Shown in pieces: positions 62,905 through 64,000 of a stretch of 64,000 nucleotides of DNA. Position 1 is the stretch's first letter. Every line of letters begins with the position of its first letter. A program made the position numbers and the translations under genes. The notes beneath the pieces were generated by a model. It ran no database searches. It was not told where the DNA came from and saw only the letters and a list, made by a program, of their open reading frames with translations. Origin of the DNA: Sphaerodactylus townsendi (lineage: Eukaryota); contig NC_059430.1 in assembly GCF_021028975.2 (NCBI RefSeq), forward strand, positions 94,550,001-94,614,000, given 5' to 3'.

Positions 62905-63071
62905 GTACTCTCTTCCTCTGGATATTCTGGCCCAGCTTCAATTCAGTCCTGATCAACAATGAGGGGGACAAAAGTGTTGCCATCTACAACACCTATTTTG
63001 CAATTGCTTCAAGTACCGTCACTGCCTTTGCACTCTCGGTGGCTACCAACAAAGACGGAAAGATCAACATG
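62905..63071 (+). CDS. RHCE: Rh30 coding exon 5 ([56 protein letters not shown])
   Basis: CAG acceptor, ATG|GTAAGT donor, 167 nt (same as human). LFLW.FWPSFNS motif; ORF 62883..63170. Confidence 0.96.
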
Positions 63072-63179
63072 GTAAGTGAGAACAGGTCTAGCTGGTGGGA
63101 ATTCTTCCCAAAGCAGGACTCTTCAGAAGGAATGTGTTTGCTTCAAAAATTCTTTAAAATTAAATTTTAAGGTATATGT

Positions 63180-63830
63180 AGTCCTCCCACTTACCTGCCT
63201 GGGTTGAGGCCATCTCTAGTCCCAATGTCCTGCACTTTAGGAATCAAAGAGTAGAAGGAAAAACAGCCTCCACACAGGGATGCTCTGGCAATCTTCCTAG
63301 TCTCTATAGTGAAAGCCATAGAGCTAGGGTGACATTACATTGTCCCTGACCTATGCCATCTCCAAGCACTGCTCTCCAAGTCTCCTGCTATTTGCCAAGG
63401 CAGTTTGGGGAACCCTAACAGCCCGATCCAGACTGTGGCGGCGGCCAAGGTCAATGCTGCTGCTACACTGCACCATCACCTCCAGAGGGCTTTCCAGAGG
63501 TTCAGGGAAGGAGAAAAGAGCAAAAGCCCTCCATTGGAACCAATGGACATAGGCCATCCAAAAGGATGGAATAAATTCAAGGCCAGGACAGCAGTGCAAC
63601 GGGCTGCAAACCCCAGGAATGCCCCACCCTGCTTCCCACACTGGCATCTGATTTGGATGCCAGAGCAGTTCTGCCATGACCAGGAATTCTGGCTTTTGCA
63701 GCAGAGCTGGGGGACACCCGACTGCCCATGTTTCAGGGCCTCTGCCAATGCATTTCCCCATTGCACCAGACAGACGGGGACCTGCAACTGCTCCACAGGT
63801 AGGTCCACCCCTTCCCCCCGGATTGGGCTG
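63180..63830 (+). mobile_element. Decayed DIRS-like RT/RNase H-region fragment
   Basis: GC-rich coding-like stretch. Peptide FWLLQQSWGTPDCPCFRASAN resembles the recalled DIRS WG.P..D.FAS..N motif. No splice/frame link to RH. Confidence 0.4.
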
Positions 63831-64000
63831 TAGGTGTACCTTTGGAAAGTCTTATATTTCTTTATTTTCTACAATATCTAATAGTAAAATGTTTGGGCCA
63901 TGTACACAAGGCAAGTAAGAAGCATCTGTATACTTGGGGAACACCCCCCAAATATGTAGCAATAGTATTAGCAATAGAAGAGTTGTTTTTATACCCTGCT

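Noticed and set aside
63072-64000. RH exon 6
   Set aside because: No segment encoding the expected N/S-A-x-LAGGVAVG-type motif was found; it lies beyond the window.

Overview
Eukaryotic (vertebrate) genomic DNA. The repeat content suggests a squamate, probably a gecko (inference). The window holds two intron-rich genes arranged head-to-head. On the minus strand are MACO1/TMEM57 (macoilin) coding exons 1-6 (ATG at 41371, CpG-island/CCAAT promoter, 23.3-kb intron 1; later exons lie left of the window). On the plus strand are exons 1-5 of an Rh30-type blood-group gene (RHCE/RHD-like; ATG at 47752, GATA-rich promoter; later exons lie right of the window). All exon calls were made by hand from GT-AG boundaries and reading-frame continuity. 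Introns and the intergenic DNA are full of mobile elements: tRNA-head SINEs, L2 fragments, hAT and Harbinger-like MITEs with clear TSDs, a SPIN-like MITE, a Helitron-like element, a solo LTR nested in a SINE, DIRS-like remnants and fold-back Penelope-like inserts with degenerate hammerhead-ribozyme cores. The most notable observations are: (i) an Rh30 protein that keeps the pore His lost in human RhD/RhCE; (ii) a perfect 129-bp inverted duplication in RH intron 1; (iii) the hammerhead-bearing Penelope fold-backs; (iv) an hAT element carrying a 5x210-bp array with a SINE-like core. I found no convincing evidence of a wholly new gene system. Most ORFs in the supplied track are spurious or TE-derived.
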